64,000 bases of DNA from Lytechinus pictus (taxonomy: Eukaryota): contig NC_087245.1 in assembly GCF_037042905.1 (NCBI RefSeq), forward strand, positions 14,448,001-14,512,000. The letters are read 5' to 3'. Under the pieces are notes generated by a model that saw nothing but the letters and a program-made list of their open reading frames with translations, was not told where the DNA came from and did not search any database. A program made the translations under genes and the position numbers. Below, in pieces: positions 13,801-24,403 of the stretch. Position 1 is the stretch's first letter; every line of letters begins with the position of its first letter.

Positions 13801-16449
13801 TATGGAATACAGGAAAATAATAGGTATCTGACAAATCAAATTTTGCGAGCGCGCAGCGCAAGCAGAAAATGTTAATATTCAGACCATAAAACAAAAAAAA
13901 ATACAGAGCATTTTTCAAAAATCAATTTGTAAATCAAACAAAATAATGAAAGTTCAATTTCCGAGCTGAAATATGTTTTGTATACCGACTTCAAAATTTG
14001 ATATTCTAAGCTTCATATTGAGCAAGATATGTAAATCACCTAAAAGGGAATGCGAGTGCAAAGCGCGAGCGAAAATTTTATATCCCGACATGAAAGATTT
14101 TTTATAATTATTTTCCAATTCTTCCCCTCATCTTATTTTATTCACTCGTCTTCCCCCTCTTATGTTTCCCTTTTTTCTCATCTCTTTTCCCTTCTTTTTC
14201 TTTTTTTCTTTCTTTCCCCCTTTTTATCTTTTTTTGCTCCGCCAATAGGGGGGGGGGGGGGCGGGCCCCTCGCCCCCTGGATCCGCCTATGATATATATG
14301 TATTTTTTGAATTATTTCCAAAAGTGAGGTTTTGCATCGATTAACAAACGAAGAAAGAGGTTCAAGTTTGCACCCTAAATGCCACAGTCGCAGCAAAAAG
14401 GTGCAAAAAAATTATTTGACTCCTTTAAGGTGGAAAAGTCTTATGTTTGTGATACATAATGGCACCCAAAAAGGAGCTTCTGTCGTGGTGCATAAATATG
14501 AAGGTTACAATGTCATGCTAAAGCATTTTTTTAAAGAGCGATATGAACCTTTTGTAATTATCATTTCTTGGTAAAAATCAATGTCTTCCCTTTACTGTTT
14601 TGAATTTCAACCTTTTTTATCTTCATCATTTTACTTCTTAAATGGTAGCCAGTCATGTAACGTTTTGTGTTTTTGTTTACTTTGTAGAAATAAAGATGAA
14701 TCAATCGATTGTTATTACAGGTTTATCCAATCACACCTTCCGCCTCAGTCAAGCGATCGGCGGAACTCGTCTCCAGTCTCCACCATCTTGCGTGGCGCAT
14801 CTCAGGGAGGCGTTTGTGAAGCAGAACAAACTGATCCAAGCAGCTTACTACACCATGTGTAACTACATCCTGGGTTCGTACGTAGAGAAAGCAAGAAAGA
14901 ATGCACCTGTGGTGCTAGACAGGTTCGTAACACACTCTCGCTCATTTATTTTAGTATAGGCTTAGTTCTTCACATGAGCTTCTAGTAGCTACTATACTAC
15001 TTCCGAAAATGAAATACCAACTATACCCCCATCCTTTTGTTATGCTTTGAAGTGGCATATCAGGGAAGAACACTTAGCATGCAGGGTATCAGTCAATTAG
15101 GGCCATGCTTCTGTTCCAGGTCACATACGACTTGGAAGCTTTGTCACATCTGACCTTATTCTTGGTATTTTTTTAACCCAAACGGAGTTCGAGTGTGGCC
15201 CCAACTGACTGATGTCCAGATCAAATCCGATCCTGGGCTTTTGAGACGCTCTGAGTGTAAATGTTCTTTTCAATTCTCAGGTTCTGGAACAGCACCGCTG
15301 CTTTTTCTATAGCGTCGGAGATTGAGAGAGGCGTATCGAACCTCCCACCGAAAGATCACTTTGTGTATGAGTGGCCACAGGACCTCACCAAACCTGACGT
15401 AGTCATACTAGTTGGATCCAAGAAGGCCATACGACACAAGAGCAACCGGAGCGGTGGCGAGCGTATTACCAAACAACTGTAAGTTAAAAACCTTTCTGGT
15501 TTGAAAAAAAAATTGTGAATCGTTTTTGCCTATATCTCATCCTTAGCTACGGAGCCTTTAAAGTGCCATCGACTTGACGACTTGGCGAGATACTTTATCT
15601 TGCCATGACGACATAATAACCTTATTATGTCGACATGGCGAGATACGTTATCTCGCCAATTCGACTTATAAAAGGTTATATGTCAACATGGCGAGATACG
15701 GTATCTGGCCAAGGTGACATATAACTTTTTATAAGTCAACTTGGCAAGATAACGTATCTCGCCATGTCGACATATAACCTTTTATAAGTCGACTTGGCGA
15801 GATAACGTATCTCGCCATGTCGACATAATAAGGTTAATTAAGGATGTTTAGCGCCCTCTTTCGGTATAAAAAAAATAAAGACAAGATAATGATTGCATAT
15901 TAAAAAAAAGCTGCATTCAAAGATTACATCTGCTATTTTGTAAATGTGTGGATTGAAAAAGTAAAAATCATTAATGGGATTTTAAATACAAAATAGCCTA
16001 TATTTACATCGGAAAGAAAAGGATGAAGAAACGTATAAAAGGTAAAATCATATTTTACCTAAGCTAATGCAAAGATGTTGATTATTAAGTGATTCAATCA
16101 CATCAATATATCTGGAGGGTGCGCCTTTTGACCAACTGCATTGCTCTTTTTGATCTATTGTTTTCCACGTTGTCACAGGATGTTTGAAATCTTACGCCGG
16201 ATGAAGACTTCGTCTTGGATCGAAGTTGATAGTATCCGAGACCAATGCCATTCAGATGAAGCTGTTACCATGGTGACAGTGGACAAACTGCAGTCCAAGA
16301 ATATTGGTAACTTCCGGTCCGGCCCTAAAGAGAATGGGATGTGTCCTGGTACCGGACTGTATGCAACCAAGGAACACGATACCCTGCCCGTTGGCGGGCT
16401 TGTGGTACTTAAGGAAAATTTAGAACAGGAAGAGATTGGATTCATGTGA
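7067..16449 (+). CDS. Five-exon gene: DUF3293-like domain fused to a CMPK2-like (UMP-CMP kinase 2 / thymidylate kinase fold) domain with a degenerate P-loop; 534 aa
   Basis: Exons 7067-7864, 9474-9609, 14721-14922, 15281-15478 and 16179-16449. All introns are GT-AG with compatible phases (0,1,2,2). The spliced product reads SVFHGLHDALSVLSK|CDYLPEAGELM...HPVIVMEGTSEA|GLSNHTFRLSQAIGGTRLQSPPSC...PVVLDR|FWNSTAAFSIASE...NLPPKDHFVYEWPQDLTKPDVVILV. This is colinear with vertebrate CMPK2 as I remember it (PEARAVL...VVAIEGLDATGKTT...KSPPSC...PVIVDRYWHSTATYAIATE...LPPAHHPVYQWPEDLLKPDLILLL). Confidence 0.85.
8483..8634. mobile_element. Short hAT-like MITE
   Basis: TIRs CAGGGGCCGCGGAA / TTCCGCGGCCCCTG, internal polyG/polyC tracts, and imperfect AT-rich TSD (TAATAATA/TAATATAC). 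Confidence 0.75.
9474..9609 (+). CDS. Exon 2 of the DUF3293-CMPK2-like gene (PEA helix, beta1 and first half of the P-loop)
   Basis: Acceptor TTCCATTCTACAG| and donor GCAG|GTACGT. Encodes CDYLPEAGELMKIAHC...HPVIVMEGTSEA. Confidence 0.8.
9993..10269. mobile_element. MITE with ~43-bp perfect terminal inverted repeats
   Basis: CAGGGCCCCGTCTTACAAAGAGTTACGATTGATCCAATCAATC at the left end and its exact reverse complement at the right. A diverged second copy lies at 35376-35649. Confidence 0.9.
11365..14291. mobile_element. ~2.9-kb non-autonomous TIR DNA transposon with internal ~300-bp tandem duplications
   Basis: Ends CAGGGGCGGATCCAG / CTGGATCCGCCTATG. Many GCGAGCGCGAAGCGCGAGC motifs. A repeated internal unit occurs at ~11630-11830, ~12440-12740 and ~12740-13050. 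Confidence 0.8.
11836..12430. mobile_element. TTAA-targeting MITE (Kolobok/piggyBac-type) nested in the 11365-14291 element
   Basis: TTAA|AGGGGAATCC...GGATTTCCCT|TTAA. The corresponding uninterrupted sequence (GCTGAAAAAAATAAGATTTAAACTCTAG) is seen in the tandem copy at ~12732. Confidence 0.8.
14721..14922 (+). CDS. Exon 3 of the DUF3293-CMPK2-like gene
   Basis: Acceptor TTATTACAG| and donor AG|GTTCGT. Encodes (G)LSNHTFRLSQAIGGTRLQSPPSC...APVVLDR. An in-frame alternative acceptor lies at ~14687. Confidence 0.85.
15281..15478 (+). CDS. Exon 4 of the DUF3293-CMPK2-like gene
   Basis: Acceptor TTCTCAG| and donor CT|GTAAGT. Encodes FWNSTAAFSIASEIERGVSNLPPKDHFVYEWPQDLTKPDVVILV, including the CMPK2-typical WPxDLxKPD. 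Confidence 0.9.
15565..15836. repeat. Foldback array of ~42-bp units in inverted orientation
   Basis: Units such as ATGTCGACATGGCGAGATACGTTATCTCGCCAATTCGACTTATAAAAGGTT run forward to ~15710 and then appear as reverse complements. Each unit is itself hairpin-forming. Confidence 0.8.
16179..16449 (+). CDS. Exon 5 (terminal) of the DUF3293-CMPK2-like gene
   Basis: Acceptor TGTCACAG|. MFEILRRMKTSSWIEVDS parallels CMPK2 YQRMENPGCHVVDAS, followed by a C-terminal extension. TGA at 16447-16449. Confidence 0.75.
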
Positions 16450-16667
16450 ATTTAGAAAATTGAAAAAGATACAACATCCACTTCGTAAAGGTGGTATTGA
16501 TAATTATAGCAGAATACCAAAAGATGCATAAAGTTTTGGAGGAAATTCGTCAAAGAACTATCTTTTTTTTTGTGACGTCACATGCCAGCAGCGCCCCCAT
16601 ATGCATTGTGATATGTCGTGGGACCCTCTGTCGTCTAGCTAGAAGGCTTGCTTTTCACACTACACTT

Positions 16668-17444
16668 ATATGCTTTTCACACTGCACATATTTTCCTTAA
16701 CCCCAGGAAATTGGCGGGGCTGGGGGGGGGGGGGGTCTTAGCCCCACCAATTTCCTGGGGTTTAGGCATAGGCGGCGGAAGCGGGGGGGGGGGGGACCTG
16801 TCCCCCCCTAAATTTGAGGTGGGGGGGACGATCCCCCTAACTTTATAGTGGATAACCTTTTTTTTTTTTTTTTTTTTTTTTTTTGCTTGTCAATTTTGTT
16901 TCCTACGCGTCCCCCCTAAAAGTTTAGTTGATAAGATAACATTTTTTTGTTTTGCTTGTCAATTTTGTTTCCTGCGCGTCCCCCCCTAAAAATTTGGTTG
17001 ATAAGATAACTTTTTTTTGTTTTGCTTGTCAAAATTTTTTGGTGGTCCCCCCCCCTAAATTTGTTGGCTTCCGCCGCCAATGGGTTTATGTTGGCCCACT
17101 TCAGTTTCACACTACGTTTTAGCAAAGTGGTCTAGCACGGTAAATAGTACGGCACTATCTGGCCCTGCAAAAAAAAAGCAGGGTTAGTCGGCTAATTACG
17201 GTGCTAAGAGATGCAGTGTGAAACGAAACCGGGCCAAGGATCGAGTGAGGCTAAGCATTAGCCAGTCACAGAAGTCGAAATTGCATGTTAATCACGCTCT
17301 GTGTGGCAAAATATCCATGAACCGTGCGATAGTCCGGGGTTAAGGCGTTAAACCCGGCTAAGCAAATAGTACGGGGTTAAGAAAGACAATGTGAAACCCC
17401 CAAAAGATAGTATGGGGTTAAGGAAATGCAGTGTGAAAAGCATA
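16668..17444. mobile_element. Nested MITE cluster just 3' of the CMPK2-like stop codon
   Basis: Outer TIRs TATGCTTTTCACACTGCA / TGCAGTGTGAAAAGCATA. Inner hairpin CCCCAGGAAATTGG...CCAATTTCCTGGGG (16701-16760). Inner hAT-like MITE at 16767-17082 (CATAGGCGGCGGAAGC / GCTTCCGCCGCCAATG; TSD GGTTTAGG/GGTTTATG). Confidence 0.75.
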
Positions 17445-17514
17445 ATAGCCATGGACAAATGAAAAATCTGTAACGGCTCAAGCGGCTACCTGTTTTATAG
17501 AATTGTTTTTTTTT

Positions 17515-17792
17515 AGAGTTGTGGCCCAGTGGATTAGTCTTCTGACTTTGAAGCAGAGGGTCGTGGGTTCGAATCGCAGTCATGGCGTAATTTCCTTCAG
17601 CAATAAATTTATCCACATTGTGCTGCACTCAACCCAGGTGAAGTGAATGGGTACCCAGCAGGAATAATTACTTGAATGCATGAGAGCTGAGAGGCAGCTC
17701 GAGCTAAAGCCGGGGTAATAATAATAACAACGCGCCTCGGAATAGAATATTTCTAGGTAGATGGCGCTATATAAATGCCTATTATCATTATT
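17515..17792 (+). mobile_element. tRNA-derived SINE
   Basis: A-box TGGCCCAGTGG and B-box GGTTCGAATC, a central core (CACTCAACCCAGGTGAAGTGAATGGGTACC), and a 3' tail GCGCTATATAAAT...(TAT)n. Confidence 0.85.
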
Positions 17793-19619
17793 TATATAGG
17801 ACGTAATTATACGTATTATGTAAATTCAACAAAATCTATTTTCTTCCTTAGAAATACAAAGAAAAATGCTTATGTAACCAGTTTGACCATCAAAATGTGA
17901 GAATTGAAGTCAATCACGTTATTCATGACGTATCATGCGCGTGTATGATGTAACAAAATATTAAGCAAATGTAAATCATAACTCTTAGTATTCTTTTAAT
18001 GGATTTTCGATAAACCTCACCAATATTTTTCTCTATTTTGCCTGAATTTGAGCAAATTTAACGGCTAAGTGAACTTCTCCTTCAAGACTAGCTTACCAAC
18101 AAAGATATGAAGAAGGCGAGTGATGAAGACTTAAAAAAATAATTCTGGCAGAACGAAAGTGGTTAGATCAACTTACGTTTAAAGAACTGGGGTGATACTG
18201 AAGTTTTGATATCTTTTTGTATAAGGAACTCCACAAATTGGGGCCATTAAGTAAAATGATGTTCGCATTTTACGAAAGTGAAAGTCCTTGGCAGATCGAG
18301 TATCATAAGAAAGAAACTTGTAAAAGTCATATGATGATTATGATAAGATAACGTGAGATAACGTACCATGAAATCCTATAACGTTTGAAATTTCTTTATT
18401 TTTTTAAATGTCACTCAGCTGCGTTGTACTTGTTTTATGACGTTGTTTTTGTTTTTCTATTGGTTCATTTTCAAAATGTCTGCTTTGTTTTCAAAATGCA
18501 ACCCCCCCCCTCCCATCGGATCTGCCTCTGTCTAGATACAAAGAACATAATTTGGAAGTCTCTTATAGTGCCAAACTTAACTAATATGATACTTTTGCAA
18601 TGAAAATCGTAAATAAGCTCGTTGTTGTGCCCGAAATCATCTAGTTTCGATACGTATATAGCTTTTACGAGAGCTGGAGAAACTAGCTAGCGTGAAAAGA
18701 TCTTGTGGGTTTTTTTTAGTTTGTTTGTATTTCTTTTCTCCCTTTTTCATTATGTAATGAAATGCTCATTCTTCAGATAGAATCCTTGGAGTAATAATCG
18801 GCTAGGATGATGCTATTATTATATGAGTGTTATAATGGTAACACAACATAAAATTAAAATCAAAGGTTCAAACTATTTCCTTCCATAAGAAATGTAATTC
18901 AACATCGTATTAAACAAGTTACTTAAATGCTTACAAGCAAAAGGAGTGACGGTTTCCAGATATACCATGTAACTTCTTTTTGCTTTCCCTTTCTTTTCCA
19001 CTGTTTTCCCCTCTTTCCAATGGGGGGGGGGGGCATGCCCCATCCCTTGCAGTTACGTCACTCTTCAGCAAATACATCCTTTATAATTATGGTAGTTTTC
19101 TCCTTTCCCGACTGAATATTCAGAAAAAAATAAGTCAATAACAGAATAAAATAAAGCAAAGGTATAATATATGCCACCCATTATTGGTCAGTTTTCTTCA
19201 TTTTTCACGTTTTGCCGGTAGGTCAGTGCTAGAGTCAGAACTCAAAATGGAATTTTCCATGCCAAAAAAAAACACATTTACTTTCATATTCCTAAATGGT
19301 TGGTCTTAAAGTCGTGAGAGTTTTGTTGGCTACGTTACATTAATGAACAAACATAGTTGCAATATTGAAGTACATGTAGTTCTTATTTCATGGCGAGTTT
19401 CACTTATGGGCGTGTGTGTGGGAGTGGGTTGGTGTGCGCGTGGGGGTGTATGTGTGTGATGGGTGGGTGATTTAAATTTTGTATTTATTACAAATATGTT
19501 TTAAGAGTATCCTGTTCAGTCCGATTAAAAAATGCATTAAATTAAAGTCTTTCACAGGAATATAGCGATAGAAATGGAAAGTGGCGTGGAGGGGGTACGG
19601 TACGGGGTACGGAGGCGTC

Positions 19620-19872
19620 AATCCACAATTTGCCACTCTCCACCCAGGTGTTAAATGGGTACCCGGTAGGATTCGAAAGCCTATGTAGTATGCCTAGCAA
19701 TTGAGTCTTGGAACTCTTGTTGGAATGCTCCCCAGGGAGTGGAGAAGGTGCATACATTGTATGCGGGCATGCAAGGATCCGATGACCGGGGTAATAATAT
19801 ATCTGTAAAGCGCTTAGAGACGTCGTTCCGATGTGTTAAGCGCTATATAAATGCGGAATATTATTATTATTA
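19620..19872 (+). mobile_element. 5'-truncated SINE
   Basis: Shares the core CACTCTCCACCCAGGTGTTAAATGGGTACC and the tail GCGCTATATAAAT...(TAT)n. Close to the minus-strand copy at ~60535-60860. Confidence 0.8.
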
Positions 19873-20760
19873 AGCTCTTTACATGTATAATGGCATTTGA
19901 TATTGCACGAACTTGAGAACGTAGGGGTGGGGTTGTGTGTTTTTCTTTCATATTTCTATCGGGGATGCTTTGCGTAATGATAAATGAAGAGCTCGTATTA
20001 AAGTTGTTGGAATTGAATAACATTAAAACTGAAATATGGAAAATTATTAATATGCGCATATTTTTTTGTAGATTTAAGTAAAACTCGTTTTTCAAAGCCC
20101 CCCAAAAATGTGTATTATCAACTATATTTCGTTCATTTTGTTATATACGTGTACCCGTATATTTGCTAATGCCCTCTTAACGTTGCCCATACCCAGGGAT
20201 ATCGGTTTGAAAACGACACCACCAGCTTATTGTAAAAATAGATTCTAAGGCCAATAGGCTCATTGATTAAGGAGTGCCCTCCTCAAGATTCGTCAAGTGC
20301 ATTCCGAAAGGCAGAGGACATATAGCGATATCAACAGTGATCTTTGGAGGAAATCTGCATAGCTCAGGTGACTCTCTGCGAAATTGACAAATTATTGAAA
20401 TATGGTGAATTTTCGTCGCTATGATACGATCTTTTAACTTGTCTTAAAACTGATCAATTAAGCCATTAAGGAAACGTGTGGTTTTTTTTTTCTACAAAAG
20501 AGAAACATTCGACGTTAATAGAAGGGTGCTACATAAACATTGATGTAACTGCATTAAAGGAGCCATAAACGTAACTTGTAAGTAGAGCTTTGTACATCAA
20601 TATGTGTTAAAACTTAATTGGGACATAAATACAACTTTAATGGCTCAATTTGTTTTATGTTTTTAAAGCGGTGACGAAATTATTGACTGGACACAAAAGC
20701 AGTTCGAAGAAAGCGGAACGAAGAATTTGTTTTTAGCCAAGCTTCTATTCTATAAAAAAA

Positions 20761-21310
20761 ATGCAAAATTACAGCCCAGAAACCTGGACACCAGTTAACC
20801 CCCAGAGAACTCCATCCACCTCATCATCGACTGCAACGATAACAGGGCATCTCATTGCTCCTCGTCCAGAAGCTGCCCCCATTGGCCACTTGACCGCCCC
20901 TCATCACCCGACATCGGCCGTACCGCTAACCCATCGCTATACTTCTTTCTACAACAATTTGGATGGCAGCTCGAGTAATTCCTCGGCCACCATCCCGCCC
21001 TACAACGATGAATACTCTGCGTGGAATTCCTTCGATTTTTCATCGCCGACGACCCACCCCCACCCACATCAAGCGACAAGGAGTCCATTTGCAGCTGCCG
21101 TGCATCATGGCCACTTTCACCATCACAGTCCCACTGCAATGACGCCGAACCCACAACCGACCGGTCTTAATCCCACCGCTGCCACCATGGGTGTTGGTTC
21201 ACAGCACCGTGACACGCTGCTCTCTGCAGCGGCTGTGGCATCAGCAGCAGCGGCGGCCGCGGTCTCAGGGAGCAACTTCGTCAACATTTCTCATCGACAT
21301 CCTTCTTTCA
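20761..21310 (+). CDS. Hox gene exon 1 (low-complexity transactivation-type region)
   Basis: GC-rich [12 protein letters not shown]...HRHPSF with donor A|GTAAGT. Phase 1 matches the exon 2 acceptor. Confidence 0.8.
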
Positions 21311-24300
21311 GTAAGTATGATATGAAATATTGAAAACATGCTAATTAAGAAAATTACGCCTACATAACACTTAATCAAAACTATCATCAGTTTTGCAGTT
21401 TTTAAAGGTTGAAAAGAAAACAGATACAGTATACATTCATTTGTTATATAAAAAAAAAAATAAACACACCTTAACTTTCATAACTCGAAGATTTGCGACT
21501 CCCTTAATATAAAAGCAATAAGCTAGCTAAGCTAATATTTGATGCGAAATATCAAACAAAAAGTAATGATAACTTTGTTAAATGTATGTAACTTTCGACA
21601 TAATACATGTGAAACAAACTATAATTGAATCTTGAAATACCTATATTAACTCAGGGAGTTGAGTTTAGACTCTCAACTCCCTGATTAACCTATCGATGAG
21701 CAAGATTATTCCCCTTAAAATCCTGCATATTGATAAACTATAACACGAAAAGCATGCAACAAAAACAACAATAGAAAGCTTCCATGCAGTCTCCTTTCAA
21801 ATTTTGACAAGTTTGGGCATGACTCTACTTTCATTTGGTACAATCAGCCGAAAATCATCATTAGCCCAATATAATCGACTTTTCAATATGTATATTTCAG
21901 GTCAGAAAAGGGGCGTAACATTTTGACCAATGAAAGTCGTCCCCCCCCCCTGATTTTGAAGCAAAAACAAATTGTAACTAAAAAGGACTAAGTGGTAAAT
22001 GGGCTTAATGGCAATTAGACTAATTGGTTAGGAGACAAACTAGCCGTAGAGAAAATAGGATTATTTAGACTGTGTAGGATGAGACCAAACAGAACGAAGA
22101 CAAAATGTGCTAAGTGCCAATTTATCACAATAACAGAGGATGCTTGGTCACTTCTTAAAGTACTTTTTTTGTCATGAAATGAATATGTTGATACTTTTTA
22201 GCCTAATTTTTTAAAGAGAGATTTTCACGAAAAACTCAGAAAGAACTCAGAAATATCGAGAAGAATTGACACCCCAATAAAGCGACTTGTTTAACCCGAC
22301 TGTAAACCAGTCTTTGAATTGAGTTGGTGTTTTGTTATTAAAAAAACAATATTGCTTATAATGGGAGCATGTTATGTGAACAATGGTGGAAACTGTGGCG
22401 GTGTGTATTGTTTGAATGCTGCTTTGGCAAATAATTCAAAATTTGTAAATCTTCATTGTCTAAAATCTCTTGAAAAAAGAAACTTGCTAAGATAGCTGCC
22501 ATTTGCCGTTCAGAGACTCTATACATTTTCATCAGAAACGAAATATAATATCCATAAAAAATAGTTAAAAACAAGAAAACATAAAATTCGCAGCGTAAGA
22601 GCAATGGTAGTTTTAATGTATATTTCAAGCTTCCATGACAATACAATATTAAATGAGCAAGGCACGGTCATGACGGTGGTTACTCATTGTTCTTTATGAA
22701 CAATTTTTTTCTGTAGTTTATGGAAAACTGCTTATTCCAAAGCATTTAATAAATTAATTTGTCAACATTCTCTACAAATAATATTCTCATAAATATATAA
22801 TTAATTCCCGCGTTTTGATGAGATAAATTTATAATTAATTGGCCATCAACTATAAACTAATAAATATGATTTTTTTTCTAATAGTATATTATAGATAACA
22901 TACATTATGTCATTCGCGTTCTGAAACCATGGAAACTATCGGTCTTTAGATTTTATAATCAGCGTCATAAAAATAATGTTTGAAAGTTAATAAATATTAT
23001 CTATTTGTTGGATGGTTATGAGAAAGAACCAGTATTTCCAGAACTACTTCAAATTCTACTTCACACATTTTCGGTCAGCCATTTAGAACTCCTGCAGATT
23101 TCACAAAGATCATGGTTACAGTATTTGTCCTACCTTTTAATCACAAACGGATGCTAACTGTAGATAAACAGAAAGTCAGCCACTTCTCTTTATCAAAATA
23201 TCCTCTGATAGAAGTTTATAGAACATTATTTGTCATATCATACTTTTAATGACGTGCTGAGAAAAAGGAATTCTAATAATACGATTTAGATGTCAGTCAT
23301 TTAGCGCTGATTTTTTTTTTACAGGTGTTTGGTTTTTATTTCATTGATACAATATAATAATGAAATTATATGTTATTAATATTACCGCTATGTCCTAATC
23401 CACTGTTTAGTACGCTAGTTAACAAAACGGCAGGCTATAATGTACAGATTACAACTTTTATGGAGATTGTTACTTTTTATGATTATAACAAAAAATTATC
23501 CCCAATTTCATTCACTGTACTACACACATTTAGGAGCTTCTATGGAGACCGTTCACATGGCACGGGTCCAATATAAGGATTGTTTAGAATTTTAGTGTTT
23601 CGCAGTTTATGATGCCACATTAAAACTATATCAAATGCTGATATTGAAAAGACACATATCAATTTTTATGTAGAGACAGTGGAAACGTGCGAATGGCTGA
23701 ATGCTGTGCGCTTTTGGAGTATTTAAGTGCAAAATACCGCACGCGTTTCTACCCGCTTAATGTTAGAGATAGGACGAGGGCCTTGGATCATAAGAAAATA
23801 AATAGCGGATATAAAGTTTTATAGACGATGAGAAGGTATAGTGTGTCGGTATTCCGTTTATATGAATGGTACCAGCACATGGTATACTAGAATACAATAA
23901 GAAATAAGATAGAATGGAAAATATTTTTTATGAAGTCACGAGAAGATAAATTGAAGGCTATATACCCTGAAATCGAGTTTATTAGCATGATTAGATTGAC
24001 GGGTATGACTGTCAGATAGATCCTACATGATGAATGCGTGATAGAAGCGAGAGAGTAAGAGAGAGAGAGAGAGAGGGAGGGAGAGAAAATGAATGGAGAG
24101 GAGATGGAAGAAAAAGAGAGTTGGTTGTCAGTGATAGATGGATATGTAAAAGGAGAAATGGAGAGGGAGTATACAAGAGAGAGAGAGAGATTCATCGTAT
24201 TTTTTTGTAATCATCATCATCGCAATTTGTAATCATCATCATCACAATTACCAGTCTTCATCATCATCACATTTATTGTTACTATCATTTTTAATTGTAT

Positions 24301-24349
24301 TATTATGTGTCATGATATTATTATTCTGATTGTATTATTATCATTATTG

Positions 24350-24403
<54 letters not shown>

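Noticed and set aside
11600..14070. Regularly spaced palindromic motif resembling CRISPR or REP repeats
   Set aside because: The spacers are duplicated and irregular, and the region is enclosed by transposon TIRs.
15565..15836. CRISPR-like array
   Set aside because: No unique spacers, the units invert in the middle, there are no cas genes, and the context is a eukaryotic intron.
17515..17590. tRNA gene
   Set aside because: A and B boxes are present, but the sequence runs on into a SINE core and (TAT)n tail. It is a SINE head.
1..20000. Viperin/RSAD2 neighbour of the CMPK2-like gene, as in vertebrates
   Set aside because: I found no radical-SAM CxxxCxxC motif or viperin-like exon in the window.
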